The position numbers and the translations under genes were made by a program. A stretch of DNA of 64,000 bases from Arcobacteraceae bacterium. GTDB lineage: Bacteria; Campylobacterota; Campylobacteria; Campylobacterales; Arcobacteraceae. Every line of letters starts with the position of its first letter. The stretch's first letter is position 1. The notes under the pieces are model-generated. The model made no database searches, had not been told where the DNA came from, and saw only the letters and a program-made list of their open reading frames with translations. Positions 21,316 to 32,506 of this stretch are shown here, in pieces. Location of the stretch: the NCBI GenBank assembly GCA_963662945.1, contig OY759974.1:1088001-1152000 (forward strand). The letters are read 5' to 3'.

Positions 21316-21410
21316 TTATCTTATGTATATATCTCTTGTTAAATTTCGTACCTAATTGTAATAAGTGAAAATGAAATGAAAATGAAATAGTATGCAAGAA
21401 TAAAAAGAAT

Positions 21411-22751
21411 TTAAAAAATAATCTCTACTTTTGTCCATTTTCCTATTTCTGATTCTATATTAATTGAAGCATTATGAAGTTCTACACTATTTTTTACAAT
21501 ACTTAAACCCAAACCAAATCCCTTTATTTTTTTATTTCTAGATTCTTCAACTCTATAAAATCGATTCATAACTTTCTCTAATTGTTCTTGAGATATACCA
21601 ATACCTTCATCCTCAACGACAAAATGAATTTTCTCTTGTTTTGTAAACAAAGATATAAAAATATTTTTATCTTTAGGTGTATACTTTATTGCATTATCTA
21701 TAATATTAGAAAATATTGTACTTAATAATAATTGATTTCCATGAAATGTTATAGATTCAAATCGTTTTAAATGTAATTTAATATTTTTATCTTTTAGTTG
21801 TTTATTATATTTATTTACAATTTCTAATAAAATAGAATCTAAACTACAAGAAGTAAAAGTATGTTCTATATTTTCTTTAGTGTATTTTGTTAACATTAAA
21901 AGATTATCAACTATTGTTTGAATTTGATTAGCTTCACTTTGAATTGTTTCTAAACTTTTTATATAATATTCAGGTTCTCTTATTTTATTAAGTGTAATCT
22001 CAATTTCTCCCCTTATAACTGTAAGTGGAGTTTTTAATTCATGGGATACATCACTATTAAATTGCTCTAACAGTTCCACTCCACTTTTTAACCTTTGAAT
22101 CATTTTATTAAAAGAATCAACTAAATCTTTTATCTCATCATCGTATTTTGGTTGTGGTATCTGCTGTGATAAATCTGTTACATATATTGTATTTGCTGTT
22201 TGAGTAATATTTTTAATAGATTTAAGAATTTTATCTGTTAATTTACTTGCTATAAAAATTAACAAAAAGAATAATATTGGTTCTAAAACCATTAATATCT
22301 CTTTTATTTTTTGTGTATCTTTACTAATTTCTGCATTAATATTTTGTTCTAAGAAAAAAATCGCACCATCAAAAGGTTCAGTAATTTTAAAAATATATAA
22401 TCCATTTAACACTCTTCCTTCATTAAAAACAAAAAATGATTTTTTTTCTTTTGAAAAAGGCAATAAATGTGTAAAATCAATATTACCTTTTTTAAATATT
22501 ATTTTATCTTCTTTAACAATTGCCACTTCAAATGATTTTAATTCTTGATTTTCAAGGAGATCCTCAATTGATTTTTTTGCTTTTATACTATCATTGATAA
22601 ATACAGCTTTATTGTAAAGTTTATTTTGAATACTTAATTTTGTATTTTGTTCTAAAAAATGATATATTGCTACATTAAAAAATACAAGAATAAGAATAGT
22701 TGCTGCTCCAAACCAAAATAAAACTTTAGTTTTTAAACTTTTAAACTTCAA
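21411..22751 (-). CDS. Sensor histidine kinase (HAMP-HisKA-HATPase)
   Basis: SHELKTPL, NAIKY, DEGIG and GFGLGLS motifs. Confidence 0.95.
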   Translation of the reverse strand: MKFKSLKTKVLFWFGAATILILVFFNVAIYHFLEQNTKLSIQNKLYNKAVFINDSIKAKKSIEDLLENQELKSFEVAIVKEDKIIFKKGNIDFTHLLPFSKEKKSFFVFNEGRVLNGLYIFKITEPFDGAIFFLEQNINAEISKDTQKIKEILMVLEPILFFLLIFIASKLTDKILKSIKNITQTANTIYVTDLSQQIPQPKYDDEIKDLVDSFNKMIQRLKSGVELLEQFNSDVSHELKTPLTVIRGEIEITLNKIREPEYYIKSLETIQSEANQIQTIVDNLLMLTKYTKENIEHTFTSCSLDSILLEIVNKYNKQLKDKNIKLHLKRFESITFHGNQLLLSTIFSNIIDNAIKYTPKDKNIFISLFTKQEKIHFVVEDEGIGISQEQLEKVMNRFYRVEESRNKKIKGFGLGLSIVKNSVELHNASINIESEIGKWTKVEIIF

Positions 22752-23397
22752 TTTTATAACCTAAACCACGTGAACTTTTAATAAAATCTTTCGATATTTT
22801 TTTTCGCAAGTTATAAATAGTTACCTGAATTACATTACTATTAATATATTCTTCATTTCCCCATAATTGCTCTTCTATCATTGCATTTGATACTGTTTTA
22901 TTTTTATTTTTAATTAAAAATAATAAAAGCTCATACTCTTTTTGAGTTAAAAGTATATCAACATCGTCTTTCTTGACACTTTTTGCATCTAAATCAATAG
23001 TAAGATCTTTTATGTGTATTATATTTGTATTAGAAGAGATTGATCTTCTATAAAGTGCTATAGCTCGTGCTTGTAGTTCCTTAAAACTAAAAGGTTTACA
23101 CATATAATCATCTGCACCACTTGTTAATCCTAAAACCCTATTATCAATTTCATCTTTTGCAGTAAGCATAATGACAGGTGTAGAAACATTTTGTTCCCTA
23201 ATTGATTTAAGAATCTCTATTCCATTTTTACTTGGAAGCATCCAATCAAGTATTATGATATCATAACTATTTGTTGTAATAAGATATTCTGCTTCTTCTC
23301 CATCACTGGAGCTATCTATTATGTATCCCTCTTCTTCAAAACCTCTTTTTAATAAAGAGAGAATATTTTCATCATCTTCAACTATTAAAATTTTCAT
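22741..23397 (-). CDS. OmpR-family response regulator
   Basis: IVEDD, LDWMLP, GADDY..KPF and winged-helix RGLGY. Confidence 0.95.
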   Translation of the reverse strand: MKILIVEDDENILSLLKRGFEEEGYIIDSSSDGEEAEYLITTNSYDIIILDWMLPSKNGIEILKSIREQNVSTPVIMLTAKDEIDNRVLGLTSGADDYMCKPFSFKELQARAIALYRRSISSNTNIIHIKDLTIDLDAKSVKKDDVDILLTQKEYELLLFLIKNKNKTVSNAMIEEQLWGNEEYINSNVIQVTIYNLRKKISKDFIKSSRGLGYKIEV

Positions 23398-23450
23398 TTT
23401 TACCTCATTGAAAATAAAATATTAGATATTTAGTTTTCTTCTATTTTTTA

Positions 23451-23894
23451 TTAATTCCAGTCAAAATAAGTGGCTGCAGATAATATATCATCAAATTGTA
23501 TCTCAATTTTATTGTTATCGCAATCATTTATAACTATTAATCCATCATCAGATACTTCAAGAAGTTTTCCTTTATGTACTTCAGTTGAATAAAGTTTAAT
23601 TTTTACATCAGATCCAATTGAACATTTAAAATGATGTAATGTTTTTAATTTTCTTTCAATTCCAGGACTACTTACCTCTAAATTATACTTCCCATTCATC
23701 GGTTCATGAATATCTAGAAGTGGAGATATCATTCGACTGACATGAGCACATTGATCAAGATTCACTCCATCTTTTGATGTAATATATACCCTTAAAATAT
23801 TTGTTTTATGTTCTTTGGTCATTTGAATATCGTAAAGATCGACACCACAACCTTCAACTGCTAATTTTATAGATTCTTCTAATTGTTGTTCCAT
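23451..23894 (-). CDS. rimP: Ribosome maturation factor RimP
   Basis: YNLEVSSPGIER motif. Confidence 0.95.
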   Translation of the reverse strand: MEQQLEESIKLAVEGCGVDLYDIQMTKEHKTNILRVYITSKDGVNLDQCAHVSRMISPLLDIHEPMNGKYNLEVSSPGIERKLKTLHHFKCSIGSDVKIKLYSTEVHKGKLLEVSDDGLIVINDCDNNKIEIQFDDILSAATYFDWN

Positions 23895-23897
23895 AAA

Positions 23898-24299
23898 TTA
23901 ATTTCCTTCTGTAGAAGTATTATCTTCTTTTTTCGTTGCAATTTGAGCAAATAAATCTTCCAATCTTTTACTTCTTTCAATATCTTCATCTTTAATGAAC
24001 TCAAAATTTGGACATTTATACCAACCTGTTGCATTTAATATATATGACTTTAATCTGCCATTTACTTTTCTTAATGTTGCTCTTATAACTTTAAGTTCAG
24101 CATTGTCAAAATCACTTCCATCAAAATAAACTTTTGCATCATATTTACCATTTTTACAATCTACATCTGTAATTGTTAAAGATTTAACATATGGATCATT
24201 TAAACTGCTAAGTGCTTCAGGGATAAGCTCCATCAAAAGTGATTGAGTTCGTTGTAAGTTTATACTTTTTTCTTTCATATTCTTTCCATTATTGATCAT
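23898..24299 (-). CDS. rbfA: Ribosome-binding factor A
   Basis: Lies between infB and rimP; GKYDAKVY and WYKCP motifs. True start may be the later Met. Confidence 0.9.
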   Translation of the reverse strand: MINNGKNMKEKSINLQRTQSLLMELIPEALSSLNDPYVKSLTITDVDCKNGKYDAKVYFDGSDFDNAELKVIRATLRKVNGRLKSYILNATGWYKCPNFEFIKDEDIERSKRLEDLFAQIATKKEDNTSTEGN

Positions 24300-24407
24300 C
24301 TAAAAAAGTTCATAGATGTATAAGATTTTGCAAAACTCTGTATGAAAATGTACTTTAGTACCTCAAATGCAGAGTTTTGTGAAAGATTGTGCATCTATGC
24401 ACTTTTC

Positions 24408-27125
24408 TTAATCTATTGTTTGTTCTTCTTTATGTTCTATAAATGTTTCGATGTAGTCATTAACTCTAATATCATTATAACTCTCAAAGATAATACCACA
24501 CTCATAACCATTAGATACTTCTTTAACATCATCTTTAAATCGTTTAAGAGATTTAATTGCACCTGTGTACACAACTACACCATCTCTAATAATTCTAGCC
24601 AATCCACCTCGTACAACTTTACCATCAGTAACTCTACATCCAGCAACTGTACCAACTTTTGGTACAACAAATGTATCAAGTACATTTGCTTGACCAGTAT
24701 TTTCTTCAATAACAATTGTACTCATCATACCTGAAAGTGTAGCTTTAATGTCATCTAAAAGTGCATAAATTATACTGTATGTTTTTATCTCAATACCTTC
24801 AGCTTTTGCTTTAGTTTTTACACTTCCTGTAGGTCTTACATTGAATCCTAAAATAATACAATCATCACTAGCACTAGCCATCGCTACGTCTGCTTCAGTT
24901 ATTCCACCAACACCTGCAGAGATAATTTTTACTTTTACCTCGTCATTTTTAATTGCTTCTAAACTAGCTTTAATCGCTTCTAGACTTCCACCTGCATCAG
25001 CTTTTAAAATTACTGGTAATGCTTTAATTTTACCCTCAGCAATAAGTCCAGCCATCTCATCTAAACTTACTTTTGTAGAAGCACTTAATTCTTTTGCTCT
25101 TGCATGGTCAGCTCTTGTAGTTGCAATCTCTTTTGCTTCTGCAGCACTATTTTGGGCAACAAGATGAGAACCTGTTGGTGGTACATCATTAAGCCCAACA
25201 ACTTGTCCTGTTCTACTTAAACCTAATTCTTTTACTGGTTGACCTTGATCATCAAGTAAAGCTTTTACTCTACCAAATGTTGTATCAGCAACAACATTAT
25301 CACCAATTTTTAGTGTACCACTTTGTACAATAACTGTAGCAACTGGACCTCTTCCTTTAACTTGTAAAGATTCAATTACAGTTGCTTTAGCCAATGCACT
25401 TGGATCAGCTTGAAGTTCTAATAGTTCAGCTTGAATTAAAATATTTTCTAATAGATCTTCAATACCTTCTCCTGTATGTGCAGAAACTGGAATAAACTCA
25501 AAATCTCCACCCCAATCAACAGGACTCATCCCTTGTTCTGCCATACCAGCTTTTACCATATCCATATTTGCTGATTCTTTATCTATTTTATTTACCGCAA
25601 CTATAATTGGTGCACCACTTTCACGTGCTGCTTTAATAGACTCTACTGTTTGTGGTTTTACACCATCATCAGCAGCAACTACTAAAATAATAATATCCGT
25701 AACACTTGCGCCTCTTTGTCTCATTGCACTAAATGCCTCATGTCCTGGAGTATCTACAAAAGTGATATCTTGACCATTTTTATTGATTGTGTATGCACTA
25801 ATATGTTGTGTAATTCCACCAGCTTCTCCAGCTGCAACTCTACTACTTCTTATTTTATCTAAAAGTGATGTTTTACCATGGTCAACATGTCCCATAATTG
25901 TAACAACTGGTGGTCTTGTTACAAAATTAGATTTATCTATTTCTTCTTCATGGTAATCTTCAACATAGTTTACATCTTCTAACTCATCCTTGATTGTAAT
26001 ATCTATTCCATACTCTTCACCAAGAATTTCTATTTCGTCATTTCCTAAAAAGTCATTTTTTGTAACCATCATACCTAGCATGAAAAGTTTACCGATTACA
26101 TCACCTGCAGACTTTCCAATTTTTTCTGCAAATTCATAAACTCTACACTCTTCAGGTATTGTAACTTCTGTTATCTCTACCTCTTCTGCAACTTTTTTAT
26201 ACTTTTTCTTTTTCTTTCCTCTTTTAAGACCTCGAGGTTGATTTCCAAATGCACTAGGTTTAGTTGTTCTTATATTTTTTGGTTTTGGCGTTTCTTGTAA
26301 AAATTTTGATGTTTCCATTAAACCTAAGTCAAGTAAAACAACCTCTTCACCCATTAATGACTCATCTGGTTCTTTAAACTCATCACGCTCAGGTTCTACC
26401 ATAAGTTTTTTACCGTGGTCATGTGCTTTTGCTGCAGTTTTTGGTTTTGCTTTTTTCGGTTTTGGAGAATATTCTTCCTGTAAATCAGCACTTGCACCAA
26501 ATAACTCACTCATAGAAGCCATTTTTTGCTTTTTAGACTGAGGTTCAGCTGGAATATGAGATATTACTGGTTTTTTCTTTTTAACAATTGTAAGTCCTCT
26601 TTTTTTCAGAACTACTTTATCATTATCTTTACCAGACATAATATCATCTTCTTCAGCACTTGTTACCTCTTCAACAGGCTTTTCTTTAGCAATAGGTGTT
26701 ACAACAGGCTTCTCTTCTTCTTTAGCTTTAACTTCAACTGTAACTTTAGCCTCTTTTTCTACTTCTGACTCAATTTCAGATTCAGCAGTTTTCTTTTGAA
26801 CAATTTTTAATTCTTTTCGCTTAGGTAACTCTTTAGCTTTAGAAACTTTCTTTTCTTCTTTTTCTGTCTCTTGAGATTTTGTTTCTTGTACTTTTTCTTC
26901 TTTTTTAGCTTCAGTTTTTTTCTTTGATGCTGTTTCTTTTTTAGGTTTTAATAACTTACTTGTTCCAGTCATTATATACCCTGCTATCTCTTCTGCTTCT
27001 TCAAAAGAAACTGAGCTTTGTGGTGATTTTAAAACTATTGCTAAATCTGCTGCTTTTTTTATTACTTCTGCACTTGTAGAACCAGCTTCTTCTGCTATTT
27101 CAAAAACCCTAACTTTGTCATCCAT
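24408..27125 (-). CDS. infB: Translation initiation factor IF-2
   Basis: GHVDHGKTSLLD, DTPGHEAF and NKID motifs. Confidence 0.98.
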   Translation of the reverse strand: MDDKVRVFEIAEEAGSTSAEVIKKAADLAIVLKSPQSSVSFEEAEEIAGYIMTGTSKLLKPKKETASKKKTEAKKEEKVQETKSQETEKEEKKVSKAKELPKRKELKIVQKKTAESEIESEVEKEAKVTVEVKAKEEEKPVVTPIAKEKPVEEVTSAEEDDIMSGKDNDKVVLKKRGLTIVKKKKPVISHIPAEPQSKKQKMASMSELFGASADLQEEYSPKPKKAKPKTAAKAHDHGKKLMVEPERDEFKEPDESLMGEEVVLLDLGLMETSKFLQETPKPKNIRTTKPSAFGNQPRGLKRGKKKKKYKKVAEEVEITEVTIPEECRVYEFAEKIGKSAGDVIGKLFMLGMMVTKNDFLGNDEIEILGEEYGIDITIKDELEDVNYVEDYHEEEIDKSNFVTRPPVVTIMGHVDHGKTSLLDKIRSSRVAAGEAGGITQHISAYTINKNGQDITFVDTPGHEAFSAMRQRGASVTDIIILVVAADDGVKPQTVESIKAARESGAPIIVAVNKIDKESANMDMVKAGMAEQGMSPVDWGGDFEFIPVSAHTGEGIEDLLENILIQAELLELQADPSALAKATVIESLQVKGRGPVATVIVQSGTLKIGDNVVADTTFGRVKALLDDQGQPVKELGLSRTGQVVGLNDVPPTGSHLVAQNSAAEAKEIATTRADHARAKELSASTKVSLDEMAGLIAEGKIKALPVILKADAGGSLEAIKASLEAIKNDEVKVKIISAGVGGITEADVAMASASDDCIILGFNVRPTGSVKTKAKAEGIEIKTYSIIYALLDDIKATLSGMMSTIVIEENTGQANVLDTFVVPKVGTVAGCRVTDGKVVRGGLARIIRDGVVVYTGAIKSLKRFKDDVKEVSNGYECGIIFESYNDIRVNDYIETFIEHKEEQTID

Positions 27126-27357
27126 TCGCGAATATCTCCCTTAATTGTACGATATAATTATCTTTATTTTTACAAATTCTATACAATGATTTTTCTAATT
27201 TCTTTTCATCTTTTAAACAATCATCGCATATATAAAAACTTCTCCCTATTCCAGTGAATGGACTAAGCTTTTTTTCATTACATTGCAATCTATTTAATAA
27301 TTTTTGTGAAAATTTTAATCTACAAACTACACAAGTTCTTATCGTTATTTTCAACAT
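27118..27357 (-). CDS. YlxR/DUF448-family protein
   Basis: IRTCVVCR and GRSFYIC motifs; upstream of infB. Confidence 0.85.
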   Translation of the reverse strand: MLKITIRTCVVCRLKFSQKLLNRLQCNEKKLSPFTGIGRSFYICDDCLKDEKKLEKSLYRICKNKDNYIVQLREIFANG

Positions 27358-27373
27358 TTTATCTAAATTGCCC

Positions 27374-28255
27374 TTAATCTTCTACAATGATACCATTATT
27401 ATCAAAATCACAAATAAGAATCTTAAAATGTGGAAAGTTCTCTTCAAGTTTTTTTACCAATCGCGGTGCATCTTTATTATACGCCATATTAAAAAATGTT
27501 GAACCACTTCCAGAAAGAGTACTCATCAAAGCACCATTACGTAAAGCTACTTTTTGTACTGCAAATAATTCTGGCATCTGCTTCATTCTATAGTATTGAT
27601 GAAATCTATCTTTTGAAGCTTTTTTCAACATTCGCCAATCTTCAGACATAAATGCTGCTGTTAAAAGAGAACTATGTGAAATATTAAATATTGCATCTTC
27701 TTTACTATATTTAAAAGGCAATGCTTTTCTTGAAAGATTTGTTGAAATTGGTCTGTTTGGTATGACAACTACGGCTTTTAATGTATTTGGAATATCTTTT
27801 TTTATAAAATAAACCTCATTCTCATGTATGGTTGCCACTGTAAAACCACCCATAACTGCTGGTGTGATATTATCAGGATGAGACTCATAACTTAATGCCA
27901 AATTTAAAAGCTTTTTATCTTGTAACTCAATACCTTCAATAGCATAAGCTGAAGCAATTGCACTAATAATAACAGCACTACTACTTCCTAAACCTCTTGA
28001 CAATGGTATTGCATTTTGAAATTCAAATCGAAACTGTTGTTTATTACTTGATAAATTTTGATGAAAATCATTAAAAGTTGAGATAAACATATTGTTATCT
28101 TTTAATTTTGGATTATTTGCGCCTTCTCCTTTTAATGATACACTATGAAATTTAGCTGGTTTAATAACAACTTCATTTCTAATGTCTAACGCCAATCCTA
28201 AGGTATCAAAACCTGGTCCTAAATTAGCACTTGTAGCTGGTACACTTATTTTCAT
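27374..28255 (-). CDS. thrB: Homoserine kinase
   Basis: [26 protein letters not shown] and SGSG motifs. Confidence 0.97.
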   Translation of the reverse strand: MKISVPATSANLGPGFDTLGLALDIRNEVVIKPAKFHSVSLKGEGANNPKLKDNNMFISTFNDFHQNLSSNKQQFRFEFQNAIPLSRGLGSSSAVIISAIASAYAIEGIELQDKKLLNLALSYESHPDNITPAVMGGFTVATIHENEVYFIKKDIPNTLKAVVVIPNRPISTNLSRKALPFKYSKEDAIFNISHSSLLTAAFMSEDWRMLKKASKDRFHQYYRMKQMPELFAVQKVALRNGALMSTLSGSGSTFFNMAYNKDAPRLVKKLEENFPHFKILICDFDNNGIIVED

Positions 28256-28277
28256 TTTATTCCTTAAATTTTATTAT

Positions 28278-28748
28278 TTATACTGCAGGTAGATGATAAT
28301 TAGGTAAAGTATCTTCACTAAATGATATGTTAGATATATCATTTGGGAGTTTAAAATCTTTTAACTCTTCTAAATCTTCTATAAAATCTATAGTTATTTT
28401 ATCATCTTGTCCATTAAAAAAATATTTTTTGCCTAAAGCCTTAATTGGACTATTATCATTAAATACAAATCCACTCACTGCTTTTAATGGTATTTTTTTC
28501 GTAATTGATAATGTTTTTAAAAAGATATATGATATTTTAATAGCCATATAACTTCCTGGTCCATTTGCATAATAAATATTTGAAATAGTATATTTTTGTA
28601 ATAATTCATCAAAAATTAAAGGAAGTACATCACTTGTTTTTCCTTCATTTTGAATTGAATCAATTAAGACATTATTTTCATAAATTCCAATTAGTATTGG
28701 AGATGAAATTGATACAACAACAATAGATACAGTCACTTTATTTTCCAA
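28278..28748 (-). CDS. TsaB-like (M22 family) tRNA t6A protein
   Basis: GPGSYMAIK motif; lpxC-thrB context. Confidence 0.75.
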   Translation of the reverse strand: MENKVTVSIVVVSISSPILIGIYENNVLIDSIQNEGKTSDVLPLIFDELLQKYTISNIYYANGPGSYMAIKISYIFLKTLSITKKIPLKAVSGFVFNDNSPIKALGKKYFFNGQDDKITIDFIEDLEELKDFKLPNDISNISFSEDTLPNYHLPAV

Positions 28749-28754
28749 ACTCTC

Positions 28755-29654
28755 TTATACTGTCGCGTACGCTTTTTGAATAGCTTTTACTTGATCTTTT
28801 TCCTCTTCTAAATCAACAATCTCATAATTTTCTGTTGACTCTAAAAGCTTTTTCGTTAAAAGATGATTTAAATGATGACTGCCTGCATGAGCGTTATATT
28901 CGCCTATCATCGTATACCCTAGTAATGACATATCTCCAATAGCATCAAGAATTTTATGTCTTACAAATTCATCATCATATCTCAATCCTTCAGGATTAAT
29001 TATTTTTTGATCATCAAGTACAATTGCATTATCTAAGCTTCCACCTTGTGCTAAACCAATACTACGTAAATATTGTACTTCATGTAAAAAACCAAATGTT
29101 CTTGCACGACTTATATTCTCTTTATACTCTTCAACAGAATAGTCAAAATTAAAATGTTGTTCTCCAATGGCAGGATGTTCAAAATTGATAGAGAAATCAT
29201 ATATTATATGGTTTGAAGGTTTAAGTTTCACAAATTTATTATCAACTTTTACCTCAATCTCTTTTTTTACACGAATTGCTTTTTTGCTTTTTTCTTGTTC
29301 ACGAATTCCTACTTCATCTAAAAGCATACAAAAACCACTGCTACTTCCATCTAAAATTGGTATCTCATCATTGTCAAGAACTACTCTTAGATTATCAATA
29401 CCATAAGCATAAATAGCAGATAAAAGATGTTCAATAGTTGAAATTACAACATTATCTTTCCCTATTACTGTTGCCATTTTTGTATCTATTACATTCTCTG
29501 GTTTTAAAGGAATAGATATAGCTTCATCAGATCTATAAAAAACTATTCCCATATCATCATCAAGTGGCTCTAGTCTCATTTTTACAGGTACACCTTTGTG
29601 CAAACCTATACCAACAATCTCAACCTCTTTTTTTATTGTTCTTTGTTTCATCAT
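28755..29654 (-). CDS. lpxC: UDP-3-O-acyl-GlcNAc deacetylase
   Basis: GIGLHKG, TIEHLLSA, ARTFGF and RHKILD motifs. Confidence 0.98.
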   Translation of the reverse strand: MMKQRTIKKEVEIVGIGLHKGVPVKMRLEPLDDDMGIVFYRSDEAISIPLKPENVIDTKMATVIGKDNVVISTIEHLLSAIYAYGIDNLRVVLDNDEIPILDGSSSGFCMLLDEVGIREQEKSKKAIRVKKEIEVKVDNKFVKLKPSNHIIYDFSINFEHPAIGEQHFNFDYSVEEYKENISRARTFGFLHEVQYLRSIGLAQGGSLDNAIVLDDQKIINPEGLRYDDEFVRHKILDAIGDMSLLGYTMIGEYNAHAGSHHLNHLLTKKLLESTENYEIVDLEEEKDQVKAIQKAYATV

Positions 29655-31030
29655 TTACCATCTATTAATTTTTTAGCACTTGCCAATACATCTGTAATTC
29701 GTACTTTAATCCAATGATTATCCATCCATTCAATTGGATTTACTTCTACACCTTGTACTAAGGTTCCAAAATGAAGATGATCTCCAAATACAGCACCAGT
29801 TGATCCTGTATTCGCTATTTTTTGATTTGTAACTACCTGATCACCCAATCTAACACTTTGTGAACTTGTATGTGCGTATAATGTAGCTAACCCCATTCCA
29901 TGATCAACAATTAATGTATTTCCATATAATCCTAAATAACCATTAAAAATAACTGTTCCATTATTTGATATTCTTATTGGTGCTTTTTTGACACTTGCCC
30001 AATCAATTCCTAAATGCCAAGCTTCATTTATTTTTTCACCATCTAAATAATAATGTCTTCGCTCCCCATAACCAGCAACTGTTTTAGAACCTCGTAATCT
30101 ATCAAAAGAGTTAATTTTAAAATTATCTATAAATTGGTTATCCAAATATTTTTGAACTGTTTCTTCTATAGTTTTTACATTTTTAGCTCTTAAATCACTA
30201 TTTGAATATAAAAATATATCTCTTACATTTTGTGGTATTGGTTCAAAACTTTGCTCCAATACACTTGCACTAATATTTTTAATAAAGTTTTCACTTAATG
30301 TTATATTGTCAACTTTAATTTTTTTCTTTTGTATATAAAAAGGCACTTTCGTAATTGTTTTATTATTTGCTTTATCTACAGCTACAAGATTTACTCTACT
30401 AAATTCTTCAAAATCTATAGGCCAAGCAATTAGTGCCACATAATAATCTTCTTTATAATATGGAATCAATTTAAACTTTTTTTCATCATTAAATGTTATA
30501 TATGCTTCTTTTAAATTAGCATCTTTTACTTTTACAACTACAACGGCACTTCCACCTCTTTGAATATATCGTGAATTATCAATTACATTTGCAATTGGTT
30601 TTAAAGTATCTATTTTTACATCAATTATTTTAAGAGCTTTATTTCCCTCTAGTAAATTCCATTTACTATTATCAACAACTTCTACTTCTAAACTTGTATC
30701 AATACCCTTATAAAACATATCTAATTTTGGAGGAATAACTTCAATAGACAAATCTTTTTTCACATCAGCTAAAACTTCTTGATTTAAAACAATACTTTTT
30801 TGTCCATCTCTAAAAGTGACTTTATAATATTTAATTCCACTTTCATCTCTTAAATCTATTTTTATAGGTGATTTTAAATTCCAGTAAATACTATCAGCAG
30901 AGATAATTTGTGGCTTATTTTGTTCAAAAGCAGGAGAAAGGTACACATATCCTCCAGCAACTAATACAACAATCAATAATAAACCAAATATAATACCGAA
31001 TGGCCCTCTTTTTTTCTCTTTAAATTTCAA
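29651..31030 (-). CDS. M23-family metallopeptidase
   Basis: HLGID and HLHF motifs, N-terminal TM. Confidence 0.9.
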   Translation of the reverse strand: MKFKEKKRGPFGIIFGLLLIVVLVAGGYVYLSPAFEQNKPQIISADSIYWNLKSPIKIDLRDESGIKYYKVTFRDGQKSIVLNQEVLADVKKDLSIEVIPPKLDMFYKGIDTSLEVEVVDNSKWNLLEGNKALKIIDVKIDTLKPIANVIDNSRYIQRGGSAVVVVKVKDANLKEAYITFNDEKKFKLIPYYKEDYYVALIAWPIDFEEFSRVNLVAVDKANNKTITKVPFYIQKKKIKVDNITLSENFIKNISASVLEQSFEPIPQNVRDIFLYSNSDLRAKNVKTIEETVQKYLDNQFIDNFKINSFDRLRGSKTVAGYGERRHYYLDGEKINEAWHLGIDWASVKKAPIRISNNGTVIFNGYLGLYGNTLIVDHGMGLATLYAHTSSQSVRLGDQVVTNQKIANTGSTGAVFGDHLHFGTLVQGVEVNPIEWMDNHWIKVRITDVLASAKKLIDGK

Positions 31031-31078
31031 TTTTATTCCTTCATAATTTATAATATTTGATTCATTTTACCATAATTA

Positions 31079-32506
31079 TCATTTAGACTTTATATAGTGT
31101 AATTGTTTGTAACCATCTTTTCTTTTTTTATAGCTACTTAAAGCAAAAGGATTTTGAATATCTAGAATATCTATTGCTAAACAATCACTCCCACCTCTTC
31201 CTATTCTTCCAAGATATTGCACGAGTCTTCCATAATATGATATAGGTGTTGCAAATATGATTGTATCTAAATGTGGAAAATCAATTCCTTCTCCAAAATA
31301 AGAAGTTGTAGCTATTACTAAAGATGCATTATTCACTTTTTCCATATTTTCTTTTTGATCATTTTTATTCAAACTTCCATGAATAGATATATACTCTATT
31401 TTTTTTGATTTTAATAACAATTCTAAATTATCAATATGTTCTATTCTATCTGTTAAAACTAGTATTTTTCTATTTTTATATTGTATAATTTGCTCTATAA
31501 TAAGATTATTCCGTTTATCATCATTCACTATTTCATTGAGTAAGTCTGAAAAATTATCCGCATTACTCACAAAGTCTGTTTCTACTATTTTTAATTTATT
31601 TGTATATACTTTTTGACTTTTTACTTCATACGCTATTGAACCTAACTGTTGATAAATCAAAGGCTCCATTCCATCTTTTCTATTTGGTGTAGCACTCAAT
31701 CCTAAAATATATTTTCCACAGAATTGCTTAATGATTTTTTCAAAGGTTAATGCTGGTATATGGTGACATTCATCTACTATGACAAATGAATAGTTTTTAA
31801 TTACTTCTAAATTGTTTTTCAAACTTTGCATTGTTGCCACATCAATAGAGTTATTTAGTTTATTTTGTCCTTTTCCTAAATATCCAATATCTTTTTTTGA
31901 ATATCCAAAATAATTCACAAATCTTTCAATCCATTGATCTAGCAACATATTTTTATTTACTATTACAAGAGTATTTGCTTTTCGAATCTCAATCATTTTT
32001 GCACCCAAAAGAGTTTTTCCAAAACCTGGCGGTGCAATACACAGAGAAAAATCTTTTTTCATAATTTGTTCTATAGCTTTTTGTTGTTCTGGACGTAACT
32101 GATAGGTTATTTTAGGAAAAATAACCTCTTTATAAAGTCTTTTATCTATATATGTTGTGTCTAGATTATTTTTTGAAAAAAGTTCAATAACTCCTCTCAT
32201 CAAACCTCTAGGTAATATAAGTTTTCCATTTTCATTATCATAACTTTTTAAAAATCTTGGAGTATTGTAAATTGGTTTTCGTAAAAGTTGTAAAGTTTTT
32301 ATCTGAGGATTTTCAAAAGTTGCCAACTGTTCTAAAGAACTAATTAGCTTTTTTGATAAATGGGAAGTTTCAATATATATTGCATCACTAAGTGATATAT
32401 AACTTTTAATACTTTTTTGTTTTTTAGTTTCTAAAAACTCTATTTGTTTTTCTATCTCTTTTTTTTGTTCATATAAAGTTTTCAGTTCTTTATCAATATT
32501 TTCCAT
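31079..32506 (-). CDS. SF2 DExH helicase
   Basis: APPGFGKT, DECHH, SAT, GEGID and QYLGRIGR motifs. Confidence 0.9.
   Translation of the reverse strand: MENIDKELKTLYEQKKEIEKQIEFLETKKQKSIKSYISLSDAIYIETSHLSKKLISSLEQLATFENPQIKTLQLLRKPIYNTPRFLKSYDNENGKLILPRGLMRGVIELFSKNNLDTTYIDKRLYKEVIFPKITYQLRPEQQKAIEQIMKKDFSLCIAPPGFGKTLLGAKMIEIRKANTLVIVNKNMLLDQWIERFVNYFGYSKKDIGYLGKGQNKLNNSIDVATMQSLKNNLEVIKNYSFVIVDECHHIPALTFEKIIKQFCGKYILGLSATPNRKDGMEPLIYQQLGSIAYEVKSQKVYTNKLKIVETDFVSNADNFSDLLNEIVNDDKRNNLIIEQIIQYKNRKILVLTDRIEHIDNLELLLKSKKIEYISIHGSLNKNDQKENMEKVNNASLVIATTSYFGEGIDFPHLDTIIFATPISYYGRLVQYLGRIGRGGSDCLAIDILDIQNPFALSSYKKRKDGYKQLHYIKSK

Noticed and set aside
26200-27000. Lys/Glu-rich low-complexity repeats
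   Set aside because: Normal variable N-terminal region of IF-2.
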